From the NCBI GenBank assembly GCA_963789395.1, contig CAWBKP010000015.1, forward strand, positions 1 through 64,000: a stretch of 64,000 nucleotides of DNA. The letters are read 5' to 3'. The notes under the pieces are model-generated. The model was given only the letters and a program-made list of their open reading frames with translations. It did not search any database and had not been told where the DNA came from. The DNA is from an uncultured delta proteobacterium (GTDB lineage: Bacteria; Desulfobacterota; Desulfobacteria; Desulfobacterales; Desulfatirhabdiaceae). Each line of letters begins with the position of its first letter. The stretch's first letter is position 1. Both the position numbers and the translations under genes were made by a program. Below are positions 21,396-31,335 of this stretch, piece after piece.

Positions 21396-22325
21396 TTATC
21401 TTGTGGCCTTATACACCTTGCTCTGAATGGCTTCCTCGAGAGCGGCCAGAGTATCCTGGCACTGAACCGTGGTTTTTCGTTTTTGACCCAGAGACAAGGC
21501 AAGGGACAGGACATTGCTGTTCTGGCGTGACAGCTTCAACACTTCCGTGTTGATTTGCCAGAACTCAGCATAGGCCGCTTCTGCCGCATCGATCAATGGG
21601 TTGCTTTTCGGATTCATCAAAATCGACAGTGCTTCCAAAGACTCATTGATCAGCGCATGCTGCGTTCGCATCGTGGTCTCGATTTCATCCATTTTTTCTT
21701 GACGGTTCTCGGCAATATGGGGGGCTTGAAGTGTATGAATTTTAAGCACGGCGACCAGTGTCCGCATCGCCAATCTGTTGATTTCGCAGGATTTGTCGTT
21801 TGGAACGCCGCTTTTCATCAGCGCATTAAGGGACTCCTCAATTTGGTTGACGGCTTTCTGCGCCGAGTCAAACGAAAGCTCATATGCTTTCAGGTTCGTG
21901 TTTAGCACGGACAGCGGCAACAATTCCTGGTCGATCTGCCGGAACCGCTCCCAGCAGGCGCTGAATTCCCGGAACAGATCCACCTCCCGGCCCATTTTTT
22001 CAGCTTCAATCAGTACGCCAAGTTCAATCCTGGCTTCTTCCACCTCAGCGGAAAGCTGCAGCGCCCGGTCGGCATTGGCGCGAGACGCCTCATCCGTATC
22101 GGCCAGGACAGCACTTTTCTCCGCTTCGACAGATGCGTTCAGTTTTACCCGCATTTCTGTCACCAGCCGGATTTTCTTGACATCATTGACAAAGACCGGT
22201 TCAAACAGAATATCCGCCATTTTCGACTTACCGTTTAAAATCCATGCAAGGAACAACAAAAATGCAATCACAGCGGCGGCAACGACCAGAAATCCGATAC
22301 TTTTACCAGAATATTTCGCTTTCAC
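21396..22325 (-). CDS. Membrane-anchored tandem four-helix-bundle (MCP-type sensor) protein without signalling domain
   Basis: N-terminal TM; internal repeat (F..I..E.L.LS..N[TS]N) occurring twice. Confidence 0.65.
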   Translation of the reverse strand: MKAKYSGKSIGFLVVAAAVIAFLLFLAWILNGKSKMADILFEPVFVNDVKKIRLVTEMRVKLNASVEAEKSAVLADTDEASRANADRALQLSAEVEEARIELGVLIEAEKMGREVDLFREFSACWERFRQIDQELLPLSVLNTNLKAYELSFDSAQKAVNQIEESLNALMKSGVPNDKSCEINRLAMRTLVAVLKIHTLQAPHIAENRQEKMDEIETTMRTQHALINESLEALSILMNPKSNPLIDAAEAAYAEFWQINTEVLKLSRQNSNVLSLALSLGQKRKTTVQCQDTLAALEEAIQSKVYKATR

Positions 22326-22446
22326 ATCCGTTTATCCCCTGTTTGTCATGACAGCAGATTCTTTATGTCGGTTGACATCAGGTCCGCATTTCGATCATAA
22401 TGGCTACCATACCATATTGCTCCAAAAAGCCAACGCGATTTTTTTG

Positions 22447-24429
22447 CTATAGCCTCATCCGTATTGGCAGGATGACGGTGGTGATCCCATCCCACTGCAA
22501 GCGGCGCTGGATGGCAAAGGCGGTCTCGTTGTGCAGCATTCTGTGATAAAATTTTTCAAGCCGGAAGGTGATCTGACCGGTGAAAACGGTGGACCTGGGA
22601 TACTCGACGGCGATGGCCTTGCACAGGTTCATGGCGCTTTCCACCACATCCGTACCTACTTCAATGCGATAGTCGGCGGCAAAACCCAGTTTTCTGGCAA
22701 GCTCCACATATTTTTCAAGCCCGCTCCGGACCGATTGCTCCAGTTCTTCGACTTCTTCGGCGCCCTTAAACGATCCGGAATCAATGACCGCCACGGAAAC
22801 AAAAATGATGTTCTTGTAGATTTTGGGAAAGGTGGTGAGAATGGACAGCAGGGTGTGGACCCCGAATCCGCTGTATCCCGAAACCAGTTGAATGGCGGTC
22901 AGGTCTCTTTTGTTCAGCGGGGCGCTGTTGGGCGGGCCGGATGTGGGAAAATTCAGCAGCCTCTTGTCCAGCTCCGTAACGCCACTGCGTACGGCCTGAT
23001 AATGATTGCGGATCAGGTAGCAGACGCCGATGACGATGGAGGTGATCAAAATCGTCATCCAGCCGCCTTCGGTAAATTTCTCCACGGTGGTGATCACCAG
23101 AATGGTGGCGCAAAGGGCCAATCCGACAAGATGAACGTTTAAATGCCGAATCCATTTGGGATCTTCCTTTCGTCGGCGGGTGTAGAATAGTGACATGCCC
23201 AGTTGAGAAAAGGAAAATGTCACAAAGACGTTGATGGAATACATGACCACCAGCGCGGATACCGAACCGGAAGTATAGATCAACAGCGCAATGGCCGATG
23301 AACCCATCAGAACGATGCCGTTTCGCATGGTCAGTTGTTCGGACAGGGCCGCAAACCGGTGGGGGAACCAGGAATCCACCGCCATGTTCGCCATTACCCG
23401 GGGGCCATCCACAAAGCCGGCTTGCGCCGCAAGCAGAAGCAATGCCCCCTCTGAAAAAATCGTGATAAAAGCAATCGTTTTTCCCATTCCCCAGTCGCCA
23501 AACAAGGCGTCGGCAATCACGGAATTCAGCGTCTTGCCTTCCACCGGTTTAACGTCCAGAAGCGCATAACACAGAAACAGCACACCCGCGGTGAAGGCAA
23601 GCGAGCCCGCCATATAGGCCATTGTCCGCTTGCCGGTCTTCACCCGGGGCTCCCGCATGATCTGTAAGCCGTTGGAAACCGCCTCGATGCCGGTATATGT
23701 TCCCCCTCCCAGGGAATAGGCACGCAGGAACAGCATGAGAATGCCAATATAGCCGATGGTGGAAATGTCTTGCTGGATGCCGGCATGAAAGTTGTTGACC
23801 AGAGGAACAAAGCGATCGGTATGGGTAACGATGCCATCGATCAACATCACGAGATGGGTTACGACAAAGACAATAAATATCGGCGCCATTACCACGATGG
23901 ATTCCTTGACGCCGCGAATGTTCAGAATAATCAGCAGGATGCACAGGAAACAGGCAACTGGGACCTTATGGTGGTGAAAGCTCAGCGGCATGTAACTGAA
24001 AAGCGCATCCACGCAGGCGGCAATGGAAATGGTGATGGTCAGCACATAGTCCACCAGAAGGGCGCTGCCGGAGATAACACCGGCCTTTTCGCCTATCATA
24101 TGGGTGGCGACGATATACCCGCCGCCGCCATGCGGAAAATGCTCGATGATCCTGGAATACGCGTAGGATATGATGAAAACCGTAAGCGCCGTGGCCAACC
24201 CCAGAAGAATGGCCAGATATGTGTGGGTCCCCAGCGCGCGATAGGCTTCTTCGGGGCCGTAGGAAGAAGAAGAAAGTCCGTCGGCGCCGAGTCCTATCCA
24301 CGCCAGCACCGGAATCAGCGCCATTTTATGAAAAATATTGGGGTCTTTCACCTGCTTGGGCGCCCCGATGATTGCATGCAGGAATTTTGTGACTACATTT
24401 TCTTCCGGCTTGCCGCTGCTTGAAGCCAT
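22447..24429 (-). CDS. kimA: APC-superfamily K+ transporter, KimA/YdaO-like
   Basis: ADGLSSSSYGPEE, GGGGY, LLVDYVLT, TGIEAVSNG; about 12 TMs plus cytosolic C-domain; downstream of a c-di-AMP riboswitch. Confidence 0.8.
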   Translation of the reverse strand: MASSSGKPEENVVTKFLHAIIGAPKQVKDPNIFHKMALIPVLAWIGLGADGLSSSSYGPEEAYRALGTHTYLAILLGLATALTVFIISYAYSRIIEHFPHGGGGYIVATHMIGEKAGVISGSALLVDYVLTITISIAACVDALFSYMPLSFHHHKVPVACFLCILLIILNIRGVKESIVVMAPIFIVFVVTHLVMLIDGIVTHTDRFVPLVNNFHAGIQQDISTIGYIGILMLFLRAYSLGGGTYTGIEAVSNGLQIMREPRVKTGKRTMAYMAGSLAFTAGVLFLCYALLDVKPVEGKTLNSVIADALFGDWGMGKTIAFITIFSEGALLLLAAQAGFVDGPRVMANMAVDSWFPHRFAALSEQLTMRNGIVLMGSSAIALLIYTSGSVSALVVMYSINVFVTFSFSQLGMSLFYTRRRKEDPKWIRHLNVHLVGLALCATILVITTVEKFTEGGWMTILITSIVIGVCYLIRNHYQAVRSGVTELDKRLLNFPTSGPPNSAPLNKRDLTAIQLVSGYSGFGVHTLLSILTTFPKIYKNIIFVSVAVIDSGSFKGAEEVEELEQSVRSGLEKYVELARKLGFAADYRIEVGTDVVESAMNLCKAIAVEYPRSTVFTGQITFRLEKFYHRMLHNETAFAIQRRLQWDGITTVILPIRMRL

Positions 24430-24471
24430 TCATCCTCCTATACAAACTGATTATTCCTGTGCCCTGAACGC

Positions 24472-24504
24472 AAAAAAGCCGTCGGCGCAAGACCGGCGGC
24501 TTTT
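24472..24504 (-). terminator. Riboswitch expression-platform terminator
   Basis: AAAAGCCGCCGG-TCTTGCG-CCGACGGCTTTTTT on the minus strand, between aptamer and start codon. Confidence 0.8.
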
Positions 24505-24519
24505 CACAACGCTGTCAGT

Positions 24520-24648
24520 TGCCCTTTCAAATGCCTACGGAGTTAGCTGTCGGGCTCGGGCCTGAAAGTGCCCTATCCAAAGATAGAATTCGCCCCAAAA
24601 ACCTGGGTCCCCCGCATCCGTTCACAGAACGGATCTTGGCTGCATTTT
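24520..24648 (-). ncRNA. c-di-AMP (ydaO/yuaA) riboswitch
   Basis: GCGGGGGACCCA..TTTTTGGGGCGAAT..TAGGG..CCCGAGCCCGACAGCTAACTCCGTAGGC matches the ydaO-yuaA consensus; upstream of a K+ transporter. Confidence 0.9.
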
Positions 24649-24791
24649 ATTTATGTTTCTATTTTATCCCTTTTGATTTTCATGTCAAGATGATGTTGTT
24701 TGGCTCACGCTGTTTTGTATTGGTGATCCACTCGAAATAAGGAGAGCCCATATTTGAAATGTCAACAATTCTTGATTTATTGGAGTTATGC

Positions 24792-25434
24792 GTCGAGTAG
24801 CCCGGGGGAGTCGCACCCCCAGGCCCTCACAGATCCGGACGTGAGCCTCTCGACTCATCCGGCTCCTCATGTCCGCCCACATTGTGGGTTTGCATTACTT
24901 CAGGTTCCTCCCATCTCTGGTTGACCCAAAAGCAAATATGGACATGTTACCCCCTTCGCTCCACCTCCATTACAGAGACTTCATCACTACTACGAGGTAA
25001 TCCGTCCCTGTGCTCCGCATCGGTACTCTCATCCTCATGGGGCCTCCACTTGGATTTCTCCCTTATCATCGGAACGACAGGTTCCCACGTTCCGCACAAA
25101 AGCCCAGATCATGTTCACGCCACCTTTATGCCGGCTGCCGCTCGGACAGTAAACAGGTTTCCTCCGAACTTATCCTGGGATGGAAGTAGATCCCAGTTTT
25201 GACAGCAACTTATATTTTCGACACCTCATCAGTGGTTCAGGGTTATTCGTCTCCATGATCCATACCTGACCCGATCCAATGCCGGGCCTTTTCCTTAACG
25301 CTCACCACCATGGCTCTTTACCACAGCAGCTTAAGGTGGTTTGAAGCCTGCTCCTGCAAGCCGACTCCGAGGGACCTACCCTCATCTCTTGCGCAGTTAC
25401 GCGCACACTATAAAACAATGCGCTCGTGGCGCAC
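24792..25434 (-). mobile_element. ORF-less group II intron A3 (class D-like)
   Basis: 643 nt homolog of A1/A2; GTGCG...TACTCGAC; inserted at TATGC|TTACTTGCATA. Confidence 0.92.
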
Positions 25435-25502
25435 TTACTTGCATATATTCTTGAGACCGGTCTTTCTTAACAATATTAAAGGTATCCTTGATTTTCTTGC
25501 GC

Positions 25503-25626
25503 CATTTATCCCGAAATCACCCTATGATAAAGCTGACGTGCCTGTCAAACGAATTGACGCATTTCTGTTGGGTGACTATGGATACAGTAACTCATACGTT
25601 TTGGAGGCAACCCATGGGAAGAAGGC
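25503..25626 (+). repeat. ~120-bp direct repeat, copy 1
   Basis: CCCTATGATAAAGC.GAC.TGCCTGTCAAACGAATTGAC..ACAGTAACTCATACG..GGAG..ATGGGA.GAAGGC shared with 35803-35923. Confidence 0.8.
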
Positions 25627-26251
25627 GAACCACAGAAAGCGGCGCGACCCTTGCGGCTTTATTTGCAAGAGGCGTGACGCCATCTCCTTACGTCCAGGTT
25701 GCACTCTTGGCGCCTCACACAGGACGTGATTGACCGCCGCTTGCGGCGGGATGATCTACACGACCGCGCTGCCTGAACTTTTCACAAATCATGTCGAGTC
25801 ATATGACTTTTCGCTGCTTCTCTACTTTTCCACTGTTTCAACATCATTTTTACCTGTTTTTATGTCAAAAATGGGTCCTTTCAACACATAGAAATACATA
25901 CGGGTGCTCCACTTGTACCATCCCCCCAGATTTTCCCCAAAAACCATTATAAACATGATAATTGTAACGGTATAAATCAATCAAGTATTTATTTTACTTA
26001 TGAAAAACTTAATTACAATATTCAATTGTATGGGGTACCAGATCAGGAACTGCTGCACCTTTTCCGCGTCTTCACGAAAAGGGTTTTCTTCCCCCTATCC
26101 GGGGATCATAGGTTTTATTATTCTTCGAAGCTGCATACACCTGACAGGGATGCTAGAGCCGTTACCCTGTGAATCATGGCGCGACTGTTGAATCGGGTGG
26201 ATGTGGGGGTTGAGGGAGGAAAACCCCCGGATACCCAATTTGAAGCCTTCT

Positions 26252-29200
26252 TCATGCCATTGCATATACACTGTGTCCTGCAATGCCATAGCATACACAC
26301 TGTGCCCTGCCCCATAGTAGGCATCATAGACATGCTGGAACACAGCGGTGGTTTTTTGATCGAACAGTTCCGGGGTGTAGGCCCTCGGCAATCCCATGAT
26401 CCAGCATTTTCTCGATGGTTACCCGAACCTCGGCGCGGGCCTGCTGCCGTTTGCGCCAATCAAGTACCAATTTCCCGTCCTTAAGTGTGTCCAGCAGATC
26501 TCTGGCGGTTGCTTTAACCTTCTCCCGGTCCGAACTCACTCAGTTCAATCTGCGGTTTGGTCAAAAGATCAAAAAGGGCCAATTCTTCTTCATTCAACTG
26601 TTCGCCCACGCCCCGCTGTTCTTCTTCACTCAGGCTTTGGGCAAAGGTCACCAGTTGCTGGAAGAACTCCTCGGCATTGAGGCTGCCGGCATTATATGCG
26701 TCGATCATTTCCTGGAATCTCTCCAGATAATCCATGCGGGTCCGGTTGAGCCGCACCATGGCCATGAGCTTCTGAGCCACCGTCCCTTTGAGTTTCTCAT
26801 TGACCGTGCGTTTGCGGCCTGCTTTGAATTTTTCTGCCAGCTTCTCAAAATCAATATTGCTGAGATCAATCCAATGCTCGTCTGCCATAGGGAGCGACAG
26901 CCTCGCGGATGACATAGCCCTCCGTGGCAATGGAGCGATCGAGCAGCCCTTCCACCTGTTGCATGACCAGTGAGATATCCGCCGGCGGTATCAGTGCCCG
27001 GATTTTATCCGCGATGACCTGAATTGGAGATATCTCTGCGGCAAACTCTCCTGCGGCCGAGTCGGGCAGCACGGCCTTGTAAAGCCGCTGCACTGTATTG
27101 GCCAAATCAAGATATCGGCGTTTGATCTCCTCTGATACCACCAGGGCCTCTACGGCGTCATCGAGCAGGCCGATGCGGGTAAATCCCTGGGCAGTCTGAA
27201 TTGCCGCAAGGTTCACGCCTTGTTCCTGGCACAAGTTTCGGGTTTCCGAAAGCACCTGCCGGAGCGCCGCTACCAATGCAGACTTGTCCTCCACCGGCTT
27301 TTTACCGCTTCCGCCACCAGCCCCATAGATGGCCAGCGCCCGTTCCAGGTTGCGGAACACCCCGGCATAGTCCACGATCAGGCCGCTCACCTTGCCGGGA
27401 TAGACCCGGTTGGCCCTTGCGATGGTCTGCATCAGCGTATGGTTTCGCATGGGTTTATCAAGGTAGAGGGTTGAACAGCTCGGCACATCGAAGCCGGTCA
27501 TCCACATGGCGCAGACAAAGACCAAACGAAAGGGATCTTCCGGATTCTTGAACTTGGTCTCCAGATCCTCCTCCACCATGCGTTTGCGGTGCGGACGGAT
27601 ATCCAATCCCTTCTCATTCATCTCTGCAATTTCGTTCTGCCCCTGCGAAACCACCACCGCCATATCGGTTTCTTCCATCCGGGCGATGCGCTCTTGAATC
27701 TCCTGCCGGGATCGTCGGCCCCATGCGGCCTGTCGATATCGCTCCGCCTTCAACGCCGCAATCTTTTCGCCCCAGTGCCTCCTCACCTTATCGTACATGC
27801 GGATGGCCGTGGCTTTGTCGATACAGATCATCATGGCCTTGCCCTGAAATCCGCGTCCGGTGAAGTGGTCCACCAGGTCTTTGGCGATTGCCTCCAGCCG
27901 GGGGTCCCGGGAAATCAAATGGTATTCCCTGGCAAATTCCCGTTCCAGCTTCTTTTCCTGGGATTCATCCAATTCCGCTTCTTCGAGCAGTCTCTCCATA
28001 TCCTCGTTGAGGTCGTCGTTGATCAGTTGCAGTTCGGGGATACGGTTTTCGTAATAAAGGGGCACCGTGGCGCCATCGGCCACCGACTGCTGGAAGTCAT
28101 AGACGCTGATGTAATCGCCGAAGACCTGCCGGGTCTTCTCCTCACCCACGATCAGGGGTGTTCCGGTAAAGGCCAGAAAAGCGGCGCCCGGCAGGGCCGT
28201 TCGCATGTTCAAGGCCAGCGTGTCATACTGGCTGCGGTGGGCCTCATCGGTAATGACGATGATATCCCGCCGATCCGAGAGCACCGGATGCGCCTCCCCC
28301 TTCTCCGTGCGGAACTTGTGGATCAGGGTGAAGACATAGCGGTGATCCTCCGTGAGCAACTGCCGCAGGTGCCTGCTGCTTTCGGCCTGGGCGCGGCCTT
28401 CGGTTACCACGCCTGCCGATGCGAAGTGCTTGTAAATCTGACCATCCAGCTCCTGCCGGTCCGTGACCACCACAAATGTCCAGTTACCCGGTATCTTACG
28501 AAGTACCTTCTGGGCAAAGAACATCATCGCCACACTCTTGCCGCTGCCCTGGGTATGCCAGAACACCCCCAACTTGCCGTCTCTTTGCCGGATATCCGCC
28601 AAAGCCGCCATCGCGTTATTTACGCCAAGATACTGGTGGTTCTTGGCCGTCAGCTTGATCAGGCCTCCGGGGACTTCCTGAAACAGGCTGAAGTTTTCCA
28701 CCAGATCCAGCAGCCGGACAGGATCGCAGACGCCCCGCAGCATGGTCTCCAGAGACACCCGGCCCGTTTCAATTTCGCTTCCCACCTTTTTCCACTCGGC
28801 AAAGTGCTCCCATCCGGCCGTAATGCTGCCCACACGGCTCTGGCTGCCATTGGAAACAATAATCAGGGCATTGGGCCAGAAAAGCTGAGGGACGGTATCC
28901 TTGTAGTCTCGCAGGTTACCGGTGAAGGCGGTCTCCAGGCGACGGTGAGCGGCCTTGAGTTCGATCAGAACCAATGGCAGGCCATTGACAAAGCCCACCA
29001 GATCCGCCCGGCGGGTGTGCATATCACCGGTGATCCAGAACTGGGAGCAAAGCAGAAAGTCATTATTGGGCCGGATTGTCCCAATCCATAACCCGGACCA
29101 CTTCCACCGTTTCACCATCGCCCTCGGGATCGGGAACAGGAACCCGAACGCCATTTTTGAGCAGATGATAGATTTCCCGGTTGGCGGCCGTCATGCTCAT

Positions 29201-29454
29201 GCGTGAGCGGTCACGGGTTAACTCCTCGATAGCCTGGCCGATGGCCTCGGGCGGCGCACCCGGATTGAACCGCTGCAAAGCAGTGCGCAGGCGGGCGGTA
29301 AGGATAACCTCGGCACGGGTCTCCGGCCCAGGGTACTCGCGCCGTGGTCGAATTCGTGATAGGCGTTGACGGTCTCCCAGCCCAGGTCCGCCAGCAGGGA
29401 AATGGCCGGTCGCTCGACCAGGGCATCTTCGGTGTAGCCGGCGGGAGGGGTCAT
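26252..29454 (-). CDS. hsdR: Type I restriction endonuclease subunit R (frameshifted)
   Basis: NGLPLVLIELK, HTQGSGKS, TDEAHRSQY, FTGTP, WMTGFD, LMQTIARANR. Confidence 0.92.
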
Positions 29455-30934
29455 GGTTGCCGATCCTTTTCAGCGTTCTCAAGAACGCACGCGCCGGCGG
29501 GGGTGGTGCGGTACCGTTGCTTCGGGCTGCGGGGTTTGTCGGGAATGGTCAGTTCGATGAACCCGGCTTCGATGAGTGGATTCAAGACTTGGTTCCTGAA
29601 CTTGGTCCTGATTAGCGCCGTTGTGAAATTCCATTGACTGTCATGAAGGCATGTCGTCATGGACTTGGCACGTCACTTGTCAGGGTACTTGGGGGTGCTT
29701 AGGGGTACTTGTGGGGTGGACTCCACCGTCTCTATGGCTTTAACTTGGTCCCGCTTGGTCCCGTCTTGGTCCCACTTGATGCGGTCTTTGGCGTTCCCGC
29801 CTGCGCCCGCACCTCCGGATTGGGACGGAAGATCGCGGTGAAAAAGCCGTTTTCCTCGAAGGTCGGCGCCGGACAGTGTTGCTTGCGCGCATCCTCACGC
29901 ATACGATTGATCCCGGTTCCGGCCTTTTCGATGAAGGTGATGCGGTGGAGCAGGTCGGCAATAAGGGCATTGCGGCGGATGCTCTTCCGGCCGAGGTCGG
30001 AAAACTTCATCCCTTTGGGCAGGCCTCCGGGGCTGGATATCTCGATCCGGTCAGTATAGATCTCCACGAAAACGTTGGCCCCCTCCATGAACCAGTCGCG
30101 ATGCATGACCGCATTGGTGATGGCTTCGCGCAGGGCTTTCATCGGGTATTCCGGAACGTCCTCCCGGCGCAGCCCTTCAATCCGATAGGCCGTTCGGGTG
30201 TTGCGCTCGATGAAACGCAGACTATCCTCGATATCCGAAACGATACCGTCGGCAAAATCTTTGCGGTCCAGGATGTGCACTTTGTCCGTTCCCTTCGCAA
30301 GGAGACAGGTGATGTACGCCTGGTTGAAGAAGTGTTGAACATTTTTGGCGAAGAAGAGAACCCCGGCATTGCGGAAAAGCAGCTTGGCGCCGGATCGTTC
30401 GGCCGCCTCGATGTTGACCAGGACGTCCTCAGTGCTGGGCCGGCCGGTGATGCCGCTCAGTCGGAACCAGGCATTGTACTTCTCCCGATCGAAGTCCTGA
30501 GGATAGCGGAACTTCGAACAGACAGACGTATCGAAGCGGATAGCCCCTTCACTGCGGAACAGATCCCGAATCTCATCGCGGCTGAGCTTCTGGGTAACGG
30601 CGCCCTGCCGCCAGAAATAACCATCGCTGCATTGCACCGGCTTTGCATCGCTCTCGCGGACCGTCACCACGATGACATCACCAATGCGTTGAAGCAGGAT
30701 CTTGACCGGCGGATCGCAATTGCGCGCAATGTCCTGGATTCGGGCGCGTAGCTGGTTCGTATCGGCAATCCCCTTGATGGTGCCGTCGTCGCGCACCCCG
30801 AGCAGGATCTTGCCACCTGCGGTGTTGGCCAAGGCCACCAGTTCGCGGGCAAAGGAAGTGGAGAGGCTCTCCTTGTACTCCAGCATGACGCCTTCGCCCT
30901 CCTGAAGCAGGATGTCGAGATCGGCGGCTTTCAT
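29451..30934 (-). CDS. Schlafen/AlbA_2 DNA-binding + HATPase_c_4 (RecG-C-like) protein with C-terminal HTH (frameshifted)
   Basis: EGVMLEYKES, ALANTAGGKILLGVRDDG, LREAITNAVMHRD, IEKAGTGI; tail TIPDKPRSPKQRYRTT in ORF 29451-29660. Confidence 0.82.
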
Positions 30935-31335
30935 ATCACGGCCTCCTCAGAAACTGCGATATCCAGTTCAGATATATCCACCTCACCGGATACGAGCTTG
31001 GGCAGCAGCAGATCGCGGGTACGGCGGAGGATGGTGTTTTTCTTCCTCAGTGCCCTCGTTTGATCACGCAGTGGTGATACAAACTGGTCAAAAAGGCCTG
31101 CAATCGATTTCACCGGTAAAACGAGAGTCTCCTCTTTCAAAAATTTGAAGTGTCGTGCATATGCAAAATCGGAGAGATCGATGGACGATAGAGCATAATA
31201 AAACAAAGTCATTGGCATTCTTTCATCAATGGACTTCAAAAGCTGCGTTCCATCGGCACCACATGCGAATGGAAAATCAATGAATTTCAAAACTCTTGTG
31301 TGATCGCCAAAAACGATCAGTGGCAAATCTTCAAA

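Noticed and set aside
27589..29091. 500-aa plus-strand ORF (similarly 46980-48476)
   Set aside because: Antisense shadows of hsdR and nadB
29685..29780. Short tandem repeats (TTGGTCCC.., GGTACTTG..)
   Set aside because: Low-complexity coding linker typical of AlbA/RecG-like proteins
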